Positions 49,105 through 58,208 of a DNA stretch of 64,000 bases are shown here, one piece after another. The translations under genes and the position numbers were made by a program. Source of the DNA: Myxococcales bacterium. GTDB lineage: Bacteria; Myxococcota_A; UBA9042. The stretch is taken from the NCBI GenBank assembly GCA_037441385.1, contig JBBISH010000012.1:1-64000 (forward strand). Direction: 5' to 3'. Positions within the stretch are counted from its first letter, which is position 1; the number at the start of each line of letters is the position of its first letter. The notes below the pieces were generated by a model that ran no database searches, was not told the DNA's origin, and saw only the letters and a list, made by a program, of their open reading frames with translations.

Positions 49105-49245
49105 GTAACGCCTGGCCGCGCCTGGTGGCGGGACGGTGGGCGGATTGGTGCCGAGGCATCCCTAACTTGAGCTTGCTGCCCACTTGATAGCCAAACCGCG
49201 CAGATCGCAACACTGCAGCCAAGCCCAACCCGCGTTTGCTCTGCC

Positions 49246-49644
49246 CTACCCCACCCGCCGCCGGTCCCACAACTGCGCCTCGATCAGCTCCATCGTCGCC
49301 GGATCCGCCGGCCCGCCGAGCGCCTGCCATTCGTCGCGGCAGGCGTTCTCGAACTCCCACACAGCCAGGTTGGCGACCACCAGCGCGTCGACCTTGCACC
49401 CCAGCGCACGGGCCGCGCGGGCGACAACTCCAAGGTTTAGGGCATAGGCCCCGGTCTCGTAGCGGCACAGGGTTACCGGGGCGACCGGCGGCGCCATGCG
49501 GGCTGCTAGGTCCTGCTGCCGATACCCGCGCCGGATCCGCTCTTTGGTCAGGCGCCAGCGGCTGGGGATCAGGCCAAGGCGCGCGAACCGCCGGTGCATG
49601 CGCTTTAGATCGGGCAGTTGGCCCGCAGGCTGGATCGGGTTCAT
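49246..49644 (-). CDS. XRE-family HTH regulator
   Basis: ERIRRGYRQQDLAARM...TLCRYETG...ARALGC; GGAGG RBS. Confidence 0.75.
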   Translation of the reverse strand: MNPIQPAGQLPDLKRMHRRFARLGLIPSRWRLTKERIRRGYRQQDLAARMAPPVAPVTLCRYETGAYALNLGVVARAARALGCKVDALVVANLAVWEFENACRDEWQALGGPADPATMELIEAQLWDRRRVG

Positions 49645-49647
49645 GGG

Positions 49648-51126
49648 TTACCTCCCTCGCAGGGCGCGATCGCGGGTCGCCTCGGCACGGGCAGGCGGTG
49701 GGCCCGACACAGGCATTGGCACTTCCTCGACAGCGCGGCCGGCTGTTGCAGCGTTCCGCAGGGGGCGCAGGCGCACATTTCGCGACGTAGCGCGGGGTTG
49801 CGGCTTCAAGTAGCTCGCCGTGCGAGCGGCGGCCTCCTGCCTGGAGTGTTCGGCCAGCGTCTGCAGCAGCCTCGGCCGCTCTGGGGGCATGTTGGCGGGC
49901 CATGTGCGCCACTTTCCCCCGCAGCGGCTGCAGGATTGCAGTTGCCGGGTAGCAACTCGGCCGCAACCGGTGCACGTCCAGAACTGACGAACCTGGGTGT
50001 CGGCGGGCTGGGCGGCCAAGGTCCACTCGCGATCACCGTGCGCCAAGCCCAGGCGGCGCCAGTTGTCGCCAAAGTCGACCACGAGCAGCGCGTCTTTGCG
50101 GTGCGCCGGCAGCCGACCGATGGCGAGCTCTTGCAGCCAGCGCGAGCGCGACAGTGTCGAGTGGGCGACGAAGATGGCGTCGACGGCGGGCGCTTGCACT
50201 CCTTCGGTAAATAGATCGACCACGCACAGGGCCCCGACCTTGCGCGAGGCGAGTTGCTCGAAGGCCGCGGCGCGTTCGACGTCGGGTGTGCGGTCGTCGA
50301 TGCACGCCGCGCGGATCCGGGCCTCGGCCAGCGCGGTTGCCAGTTCCTTTGCGTGGCGCAGGCTCGCCGCGAAGATCAGCAGGCGCTGGCGGCTGGCAAG
50401 GCTGGTTGCCGCCTCGACGACGGCGCCGATCAACCGCGCGCTGCAGAACGCCTCTTCTTGGTCGCGGGCGTCGAATTCGTTGTCGTAGCGACGGAATAGC
50501 GACACGTCGGGGCATTCGCTGGTGTGCAAGTGGCTCGGCACCAGGTGGCCGGCGCGGACCATGTCGGCGTCGGTCACTGCGACAACGGCCGTGCGGTACA
50601 GGCGCAACAGGGCGTCGTCGGCGACTCGCTCGGGGGTGGCGGACAGGCCGACTAGCGCGGCACCGGGGAAGGCGTCGGCCAGCGCGCGGGCTTGCTCTGG
50701 GTCGACGTGGGCCTCGTCGATGATGATCAGGTCGGGCGCGGCGTCTTGGGGCCAGCGGCGGGCGCGGCGGCACATGGTCTGGGCCATTCCGAGCGTGAGG
50801 TGCGGCGCAGGGCTGGGGGGCTTGGCGGTTGGCGAGCCGAGGGCGGCGACGTCGGCGGTCCAGCGGTGGATCTCGGCGAGGGTCGGGGCGAAGAGTTCAA
50901 GCCGGGGCACGACGTACAGGGTCTTGTTGCTTTGCTCGGCGACGCGGCGGGCCAGCTCGACGGCGATCGCGGTCTTGCCGGCGCCCCTGGGCGCGCAAAG
51001 CATGACGCGGGCCGGTTGGCGTGCGGCGAGCTGGGCACGCAGGGTCGCGAGGAGGCGATCGACGGCGGCGGCTTGGTAGGGGCGGAGAGCGGGCCGTGGT
51101 GTATGCGGGGTTTGGGGGGTGGCCAT
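49648..51126 (-). CDS. SF2 (DEAH, ResIII/YejH-like) helicase with C-terminal Zn ribbon; motif VI degenerate
   Basis: LRPYQ, APRGAGKT, IIIDEAH, GLSATP, FTEGV, CTGC..CSRC. Confidence 0.85.
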   Translation of the reverse strand: MATPQTPHTPRPALRPYQAAAVDRLLATLRAQLAARQPARVMLCAPRGAGKTAIAVELARRVAEQSNKTLYVVPRLELFAPTLAEIHRWTADVAALGSPTAKPPSPAPHLTLGMAQTMCRRARRWPQDAAPDLIIIDEAHVDPEQARALADAFPGAALVGLSATPERVADDALLRLYRTAVVAVTDADMVRAGHLVPSHLHTSECPDVSLFRRYDNEFDARDQEEAFCSARLIGAVVEAATSLASRQRLLIFAASLRHAKELATALAEARIRAACIDDRTPDVERAAAFEQLASRKVGALCVVDLFTEGVQAPAVDAIFVAHSTLSRSRWLQELAIGRLPAHRKDALLVVDFGDNWRRLGLAHGDREWTLAAQPADTQVRQFWTCTGCGRVATRQLQSCSRCGGKWRTWPANMPPERPRLLQTLAEHSRQEAAARTASYLKPQPRATSRNVRLRPLRNAATAGRAVEEVPMPVSGPPPARAEATRDRALRGR

Positions 51127-51353
51127 ATGGCAACTGCGCGCCGCGAATTGGCGGAATTGCCAATCAGTATAGCGATTTCCATGACCTCAGCCAAGGCCGA
51201 CGTGCAAAGTACCGGTTTCGTGCTGCCGGGGCGGCCGCGACATGTAGCGCGCGGCCGTGCCAGGTATCGCCGGAAACTGCACACAAACCGACGGACATGA
51301 AGGTTGTCATCCGCCAGTTGATAGCAACCCGCAGAGTATTGTTTGAATGTCAA

Positions 51354-52100
51354 CTACTTGACACAATCCCCATCGCGGGCAGTGCACTTCTTGAGGACCT
51401 GGCAGTTCAGCGACTGCCGGCAGCTTGCATTATTGGCCGCAACACACTTAGTGCCGTCTGTGCTGCACCGCCCGAACTTCTGACACTGTTCGGAATCAAA
51501 GCAGTCCTCGTCCGATAGGTGAGCGCTCTTTGCTGGAGCGACGGGTGGTGCGGTATCTGCCGCCTTGGCTGGCTTTGTTGTTCCCTGAGGCGCCTTCTTG
51601 GCCCCGGTGCTCTTGGCGCTTGCCGCTGTGCCTTCGTCGGTGGGCGTTTCTTCGACGGGTTCAACTGGGGCAGCGGCCTTCTTGGGCGCTGCTGTTCGCT
51701 TGGGCGGCGGCGTGTAGATGCCAGCACCAGAGTCGACACGGCACGCATACTCAACCGTCCGCGTGGCCAAGATCGTCGATGCCGATGAGCCGAGCGAAGC
51801 CATCGACGTGATACAGCCGGTGTCTCCTTGATTGCAACTGCGCGACAGGGCGTAGCCGGTTGCGGCGGCAAGCCCGAAGGAGATCAACAGGTCGCTGAAG
51901 TCTTGCTTACTCTCAGACCACGCCACGCCGGCCGCTCCGCATTCCCGGGCCGCGTCCGCGGAAATTCGCGTAGCCCCCCAGAAGAGGAACCACTGCTTTT
52001 CCGATTGCGCCGGGCCTGCGGGCGCACTGGTCATTAGGGAGGTCGTAAAGCAGCCGGGGAGGCTCAGGGCGATCGCAATGACGCATAGGATCTTGCGCAT
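51354..52100 (-). CDS. Bor/Iss-like lipoprotein with Cys-rich C-terminal repeat
   Basis: Lipobox LPGC; QWFLFWG...DAARECG...SESKQDF...VEYAC resembles the lambda Bor pattern; C..SEQC...GRC repeats. Confidence 0.6.
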   Translation of the reverse strand: MRKILCVIAIALSLPGCFTTSLMTSAPAGPAQSEKQWFLFWGATRISADAARECGAAGVAWSESKQDFSDLLISFGLAAATGYALSRSCNQGDTGCITSMASLGSSASTILATRTVEYACRVDSGAGIYTPPPKRTAAPKKAAAPVEPVEETPTDEGTAASAKSTGAKKAPQGTTKPAKAADTAPPVAPAKSAHLSDEDCFDSEQCQKFGRCSTDGTKCVAANNASCRQSLNCQVLKKCTARDGDCVK

Positions 52101-52344
52101 GGGAATTCCTGGATGTCACGGATCGCGACAGGGGGCCGCCGGGACACGTACTGCACGGTGCCGGCGTTGGCCGCGCTGGGTTTGGCAAATCGCGACAGAC
52201 AAACCCGACGAGGTGAATGTGCTGACGCCGAAGTGGATCATGCTGCTTTCATTCATGGAGTTTGCGCCGATGAGCACATGCAAGCCAGCGTCACGATCGG
52301 TTCACGGTCAGCAGCAGACTTGATCGTCCAGTTGACTACTTCGG

Positions 52345-53619
52345 TCAGAACGTCGGCGCGATCGTGAACTCGACCTCGACCACGTCGTTGAAGAGAAATC
52401 CCGACTTTGCCCCGGCCTTGATCAGGCCGAGCAGTCCTGTCGTGGACCAAGCGCTACCGTCCGCAAGATCGTCCGAGAACACGTCTTCATCGTACGCCCA
52501 CACGTCAAGCTCTGAGCTTTGGAACAACTTGACGGAAAACGACTCGGAAAACGTGGCCTGAAATACGTCCTGGGCCGCCTTGGTACAGAAAAGGCTCTTG
52601 CCGTCCACCCCAACACACAACTTGGGATCGGGCGCGCCACCCCCGGAGTCCCAGGCAGACTTGGATTTTGGGTCGAGCACCGGGAATTTCGCCGACTTCA
52701 GTGACACGAGGTAAGTCATGCCGTCATACGGCTGGCATTTGCCGCCTGCGCACACGTCGGTGGGGCCGCATTGGCCAGACGACGAGCAAGCCGTGCAACC
52801 TGAACCTCCGTAAACGCAAACCTTGCCACCAGTGCACGCCGCGGCAGCTAGCTTCTTCTTGCACCCGTCGGTGCCATTGATGCACTGCTCAACCTTGCCC
52901 GCACTGGTGCACTTGTCGCCCGAACACTCGTCAGCGCACGGTACCTTGCACGTTCCCGAGTTGCAGACCGCACCGCCCGTGCATCCACAAGTTGCGCCGC
53001 AGCCGTCGTCCTGCCCGCACGACACGCTGTTACAGGCGGGCACGCACGTCGGCTTGGCTAAGCACGCGCCGCCCTGACAGACCTGGTCGAGGCTGCATTC
53101 GGAACTCTTCTTGCAGGGCCGACACTCCGAGTCTCCGGTTGGGCAGACCTGACCATTGCCGCACGATGACGGCGAGTTGGTGACGGGGCACCCGTCGGCG
53201 CCGGTTCCGCAGGTCTGAATTTCGTTTCCGCCTAGGCACAGTTGGACACACGTTGCGGTGCAGGTCACGCCGTTTGGTTGCCCTTCGCAAACGCCACCCT
53301 TGCAGACCCGCGAAGAGCCGTCGAAGCGACACTCAAAGTCGCCCGCGCATGCCCTACATTTGGCCTCGCCGGGGACGCACACGGCACCGCCCGGGCAGAT
53401 CATCGTCTGCGACGGGACAGAGCAGCCGCCGTTGTCGGTTCTGCAGGTCACCAGCCTTCCCTTTGTGTCGCACGCTTGGGAGCAGGCAATCCCACAGGTC
53501 GATCCCGGCGACACGTCAGCGCCCACGCCAGACCCGCCGGTTCCACCACCGGATTGACAACTGGCGGCCGTCGCTATGAGGCAAGCGGCGCAAAAAGATA
53601 GAACCAAGTTGCCGCGCAT
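52345..53619 (-). CDS. Cys-rich lipoprotein with C-terminal C2-like domain
   Basis: Lipobox AASC; dozens of Cys; C-terminal WD..GGAPDP...T....D...F.ESF...VWAYDEDVFSDD pattern. Confidence 0.75.
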   Translation of the reverse strand: MRGNLVLSFCAACLIATAASCQSGGGTGGSGVGADVSPGSTCGIACSQACDTKGRLVTCRTDNGGCSVPSQTMICPGGAVCVPGEAKCRACAGDFECRFDGSSRVCKGGVCEGQPNGVTCTATCVQLCLGGNEIQTCGTGADGCPVTNSPSSCGNGQVCPTGDSECRPCKKSSECSLDQVCQGGACLAKPTCVPACNSVSCGQDDGCGATCGCTGGAVCNSGTCKVPCADECSGDKCTSAGKVEQCINGTDGCKKKLAAAACTGGKVCVYGGSGCTACSSSGQCGPTDVCAGGKCQPYDGMTYLVSLKSAKFPVLDPKSKSAWDSGGGAPDPKLCVGVDGKSLFCTKAAQDVFQATFSESFSVKLFQSSELDVWAYDEDVFSDDLADGSAWSTTGLLGLIKAGAKSGFLFNDVVEVEFTIAPTF

Positions 53620-53732
53620 TCGATCACCGTTACGATGTTGCACGCCGTATAACATGACGTTCAACATCGGTCAAGTTGCAGCGCGTTCCGACGCAAACTC
53701 CCCTGTCGCCCACGCGGCAAGGGCCTGCGCAA

Positions 53733-54173
53733 ATGGCACAGCGGTCGACGAACAATCCTGAATGCCGAGCGCTCGCCGCCGTAATAGCTAGGAATTTGCG
53801 CAAGCGACGACTCGCCCACGGGCTCTCTCAGGCGGAAGTGGCGGAGGTGCTTGGCGTAAGCGTTGAATCCTTTTCGCGAATCGAGCGCGGCTTGTCCCTG
53901 CCCAGTTTCCCGACACTGCTGCGGATGGCGACAATGTTCGGAGCGCAAGCGGGTGACCTATTGAAATCGGAGGGCGAGCCTGAGATGGCTCGACGGCAGC
54001 CGCGTGTAACTGCAGATTACTTGGAGACCGCACCCACTCCGACCGCCATCGCCCCACAGCACGACGCGCAGCAGGCCGCGGTGCTATTTCTGCGAATCGT
54101 TGACGCGAGCCGCACACTTGATGCCGCTCGTCTGGAGAAGTTGGCGGTCGCCGCAGAGGAACTGGCAAAATGA
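53733..54173 (+). CDS. XRE-family HTH repressor
   Basis: NLRKRRLAHGLSQAEVAEVLGVSVESFSRIERGLSLPSFPTL. Confidence 0.88.
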   Translation: MAQRSTNNPECRALAAVIARNLRKRRLAHGLSQAEVAEVLGVSVESFSRIERGLSLPSFPTLLRMATMFGAQAGDLLKSEGEPEMARRQPRVTADYLETAPTPTAIAPQHDAQQAAVLFLRIVDASRTLDAARLEKLAVAAEELAK

Positions 54174-54870
54174 TCCGCGGTTCGCGGCCGGACAGGTGGC
54201 GCCGCCCCGGTGCGCCTGCAATCCGATGCGGGGAGCGCTGCTCCGGCCTCGCTGCTTCCGGTCGTCCTTCCCTTAGCTTATCCAGGCCGCGCCAGCGGCG
54301 CCACCCAAAGTCGCCTGCACTTCGCCCTGCACCGGCGTAGCACCACCGGAAACCGGTTGAGCGAGTTCAGACTCTTGGGGGCAAGTCTCGGCGGCGTCAC
54401 CCGTGATCCCAGCTGCGCCGGCGTTACCCGCGCGTTGCTGCTTGTCGTTGCCCGACCACGGCCGGATAGCTTGGCGACGGACTGCGACGCCTGCCGCGGG
54501 CTGGATGCGGCCGCGCCATGCGATGCCACGGATGATCGCCGGGCGCCAGCCCGTGCACCGTCCCGCACCGGTGCGCAGCAGCGAGAAACCACGGCGCAGC
54601 TCTGGCGCGGTGGGGCCGCCACCGCACCGCAATAGCGCGCGACGCCCTGGAGCACACCCGCGGCGGTAGCGGCGCGCGAAAAGCCCAGGTGCCGGCCCAC
54701 ACCGTCTGCAGGCGAGGCACGTGAACCCGCGACGCGGCGCAGTAACCCGATTGCGGGGCAGTTCCATACGATGCGGTTGTTGTCGCCATTAGTGCAGGCA
54801 TGGATGGCAGGCATTAGACAGCATAAACGAAGGTAACAACCTGGCGCTGAGGTTACAGCAACGCCGCGGG

Positions 54871-54900
54871 GGTCAACCGGCACCAGGTCAACCGGCACCA
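54871..54900. repeat. 15-bp tandem direct repeat
   Basis: GGTCAACCGGCACCA twice; core CAACCGGCAC recurs at 54989. Confidence 0.8.
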
Positions 54901-55199
54901 GGGCCCAACGGAGTCGGTTAGCCAACAGCGTGGGGCCGATCCGCGTGCCCTGGCTTTTCGGCGCAATGGCCGGCAGCCGGAAGGCGCACAACCGGCACAG
55001 GGAACCGTTGCTGGGCTGCGGTTCTTGCCCTCGGAGCCGGCGGCTTTGGGGGCATCTTTGGCCGCTATGTCATGCGGGCGGGCCGGGGCCCGTGCCGCAG
55101 GCGTAAGGGCCAGCGGTCCCGCCCTACTTACACTCCGTTCCGTTCCGTGTACGGTTATTGCACACAACGGCCTAAAATTATTGGACGCGGCATGAGATA

Positions 55200-55281
55200 G
55201 AGTGTGAAGCGTTGCCGGTTGGAGTGTGAAGTGTTGCCGGTTAGGCTGTGAAGCGTTGCGCGCAGAGTGTGAAGCGTTGCT
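55200..55281. repeat. Iteron array, putative replication origin
   Basis: TGTGAAG(C/T)GTTGC at 55203, 55225, 55247, 55268 (22/22/21-bp spacing); AT-rich CCTAAAATTATT nearby; directly after the putative rep stop. Confidence 0.8.
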
Positions 55282-55285
55282 GAAT

Positions 55286-56770
55286 CTACATCAACGACCT
55301 GTGTTTACGTCTGTTTCCTTTGCGGCCGTTTGCGCGGCCTTCGATTCGGAGTCTGCCGCTAGCGGCGATAAAGTCGCGCTCCAGGCCGTGCGGGTCCGCC
55401 AGCGTGAATTGGCCGGGTTCGGGCTCCAGCAACAACGCAGGCGCCTCTTCGCTCTCGCCTTCCCGCCACAGCTCCAGCAACTTCGGCAGCGCCGCCACTG
55501 GCAGGCCCGCCGAGCGAGCGAGCTCGCGCAGTCGGTCCTCGCTGATGCAAACAGAGCCAAATCGGAACAGCTCTTCGGCTCGGTCCACCAGTTCGACCAA
55601 GAGAAGTCGGTGCAGCATCCAGGCCTTGCCCCAGTCGTTGGACCGTAGGGCCGAGACTGGCGGCTCGAACCGCAGTTCGGGCACCAGACGCCGAGCCATC
55701 CGGTCTGCATGGGTGCCGCCTGCCAGATTTGCCATCTGCGCCGCCATCCCCGGCAACAGCGCTTCGCCCAGCGTAATGCGCACGACGCTCACTTGCCCGG
55801 GCGCTGGTTTGGTGACGCGCAGCCATGTCCACAGGCCTCCGATCTTGAGTGTGGGCTGCATCCACGTGATGTGCTGGCCGGCAGTGAGCATGGCTTCAAG
55901 GGCGCCAAAGTCGCGACTGGTATGGCGCACTGCCAGGGCCAGCGCCGACAGACCGCCAAGAAACTCGACAACGCGAAAATCGACACCGGGCTCACCGGCC
56001 GCGTGCCGCTCCCGTTGGCTGTGCCCGGTACTTACAAGCAGTCGCAGCAAGCGATGCCACGCCACCGTGCCGAACTGCGCAAGACCTCCGTGCACCGCTG
56101 TCAGGATCGCGGGGTCAAGGGTAGCGACCGTGCCGAGGATATTGGGACCATCACCGCGGACAGCGCCATCGGTCGGGGAAATCGTCAGTCGACCGCTGCC
56201 AGCTGGGACCAGCACGTCGTAGGCCACCACTCGGGGCAGCCCAGCTGGTGCAACTGCGTGCCGGTGTAGCCACTGAGCCTCGACATGGGCCTCCCAGAGA
56301 GTGCGCGCCACGGCAGCGAGTGCCGGGTGCGCGCAATCGCCCCATAATTTGTAGAGGTCGCTGTCGGTGCCGTCGCCGCCGCGGTAGGCCTGCAGCCGCT
56401 GGGCCGAAAGTGTACGCAGGTTGGTCGCGCGGCCGGATTCGATGGCGTCCATCCAATCGGCCAAAGCGGCGTCCAAGGCCAACATGTCGTCGCGAATCGT
56501 CGGGCCTTGCCCGCCGGCCGCGTGGTCCCCCTGCGCCGGAAGAACGAATGTCGCCGCCAAGCGCCTCGTTGCGTCAAGAAGGGCAGTGGCTAGCATCGCC
56601 TGCGCAACGCGGTCAACCCTGGCCGATTCGCGCGACAGCGTAGTGGTCACGGCGGCGGAGCGCGCATTGGCCCCTGCCGATTCGGGCCATAGCCTAACAG
56701 CCGACAGCGCCTCCGCTTCGTATGCGGCAGGGCATTGGCCGACGGCAGCTGGCAGCGAATCAGAGGTCAT
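55286..56770 (-). CDS. Hypothetical protein, putative replication initiator
   Basis: ATG 56770 overlaps the helicase end; gene ends just before the iterons; function inferred from position only. Confidence 0.55.
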   Translation of the reverse strand: MTSDSLPAAVGQCPAAYEAEALSAVRLWPESAGANARSAAVTTTLSRESARVDRVAQAMLATALLDATRRLAATFVLPAQGDHAAGGQGPTIRDDMLALDAALADWMDAIESGRATNLRTLSAQRLQAYRGGDGTDSDLYKLWGDCAHPALAAVARTLWEAHVEAQWLHRHAVAPAGLPRVVAYDVLVPAGSGRLTISPTDGAVRGDGPNILGTVATLDPAILTAVHGGLAQFGTVAWHRLLRLLVSTGHSQRERHAAGEPGVDFRVVEFLGGLSALALAVRHTSRDFGALEAMLTAGQHITWMQPTLKIGGLWTWLRVTKPAPGQVSVVRITLGEALLPGMAAQMANLAGGTHADRMARRLVPELRFEPPVSALRSNDWGKAWMLHRLLLVELVDRAEELFRFGSVCISEDRLRELARSAGLPVAALPKLLELWREGESEEAPALLLEPEPGQFTLADPHGLERDFIAASGRLRIEGRANGRKGNRRKHRSLM

Positions 56771-58208
56771 CGTCGTCCGCCAGCGCTCGCTCGCGCCCGG
56801 ATATCGGCACCAGATGGCCGTGTCCCGTCGATTTTGTAGCTGCCTGCAAATTCGGAAGGTGTCGAACCCGAATCTGTTTGTGCAGCTGGTCAAGTTCACG
56901 GTCAATCTTGGCGAGCTCAGTTGTGTTGCCCTGGGCTTCACACGCGGTGCGTTCGTCAACCAAGGCCGCCACGCGCGCTTCTGCTTTCTGCAAGGCGTCC
57001 TTGGCACGGCGCACCGGCGCGGGGTCACCTGCGGTCTTGCGTCGTTGCGGGGCAACGTATGCAGCCGCCTCTGTGTTAGCCGGTCCCCGCGGCGCGCCTT
57101 CGCTGAGCCATCCCTGCGACTCAACCAATCGGCACCATGTGCTCTGGCCGGCCCGCAGCTTGGCGGCTCCAATCCACATAGCGCCGGGGTCGGCACCATA
57201 GGTGTTGCCGTCGTCCTTGGCTTCCCCCGTGGCCCGCGCCAGCACCAGCGAAGAGTCACTCGCAAACTCAATGTCGCCACTCTCTTTGCCGACACCGATG
57301 AGGTCGGCGGCATGCGTCTTGGGCCAGCCCATCTCGTCGAGAACAATACCATTTAGTGCCGCGTAGTTAGTCCGCGCCGTACTCGACAGGGCCAGCACGA
57401 CCACGTTGTGCTTCCGGGCCACCTCGCGTGCCTGATAGGCGGCCTTGCTGAGACGCTCTCGGGTATCCTCATTCCGCACCGGCGCGCCATTCTCCGGCGT
57501 TGCACCGCCAAGAAGTTGAAGAAAGTCCAGGACAAATAGGACTGGAGCCGTGGGCGGAAGCTCGGGGTGCGCCGTGCGCAACTGCTCCGCCGCGCCACCA
57601 ATCTGGTCGTAGCCCCAGCCGTGCGGACCTTGTTCGGTGCACAGGTAGAGCGGGAGTTTGGCCAGCATGGGCCCGCCATCCGCAACCAATCGCTCCAGGT
57701 GCTGGACTCCCGGCGTCTTCCCCCACTTGCCTGTGTAGAGGGACGACCACCAGGTCCCAGCAGATTCACCGGCAGTCATACAGAGCAGGCGTGCGACCAG
57801 GCCGAGGCTGTCTAGCTCAAGCCCAACATACCGAACAGGAATCCCGGCCAGCGCCGCCTGCAGGGCCACCTGCAGGGCAAACTGGCTCTTGCCAGTGCCG
57901 GTGCCGCCGGTGAGGATATGCAGGCCCGGCCAAAAGCCGCCACCCAACATCGCAGCCAGATTCGGCCAGTTGGGCAGCAGTATCGGACCATCCTCGCCCG
58001 AGGCGCGTCGGCGCAGGTGGCCAATCGCGTCAGGCAGGATTTCGCCGATTCGCTCCTTGGCCAGCGCAGCGCGGGCTTCGGCCACCTTGGGACCCAGCAT
58101 GGGCACCGTATCGGCCAGCCGCTGCGCCACAAGTGCCGCTTTGGCGTCCTCGGCGAGCCAGTCAGCCGGTTTGATGTCGCAATCGTGAAATGGTCTGTCG
58201 TCGCTCAT
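56760..58208 (-). CDS. DnaB-like replicative helicase
   Basis: GGTGTGKS Walker A, YVGLEL, VLDFLQ, KESGDIE, AAKLRAG. Confidence 0.88.
   Translation of the reverse strand: MSDDRPFHDCDIKPADWLAEDAKAALVAQRLADTVPMLGPKVAEARAALAKERIGEILPDAIGHLRRRASGEDGPILLPNWPNLAAMLGGGFWPGLHILTGGTGTGKSQFALQVALQAALAGIPVRYVGLELDSLGLVARLLCMTAGESAGTWWSSLYTGKWGKTPGVQHLERLVADGGPMLAKLPLYLCTEQGPHGWGYDQIGGAAEQLRTAHPELPPTAPVLFVLDFLQLLGGATPENGAPVRNEDTRERLSKAAYQAREVARKHNVVVLALSSTARTNYAALNGIVLDEMGWPKTHAADLIGVGKESGDIEFASDSSLVLARATGEAKDDGNTYGADPGAMWIGAAKLRAGQSTWCRLVESQGWLSEGAPRGPANTEAAAYVAPQRRKTAGDPAPVRRAKDALQKAEARVAALVDERTACEAQGNTTELAKIDRELDQLHKQIRVRHLPNLQAATKSTGHGHLVPISGRERALADDDDL

Noticed and set aside
54210..54991. Several 90-240 aa ORFs on both strands
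   Set aside because: No RBS, motif or consistent coding-like composition to prefer any frame.
56771..57352. N-terminal extension of the 688-aa ORF
   Set aside because: Overlaps the DnaB-like helicase in another frame; the coupled ATG at 56770 is more plausible.
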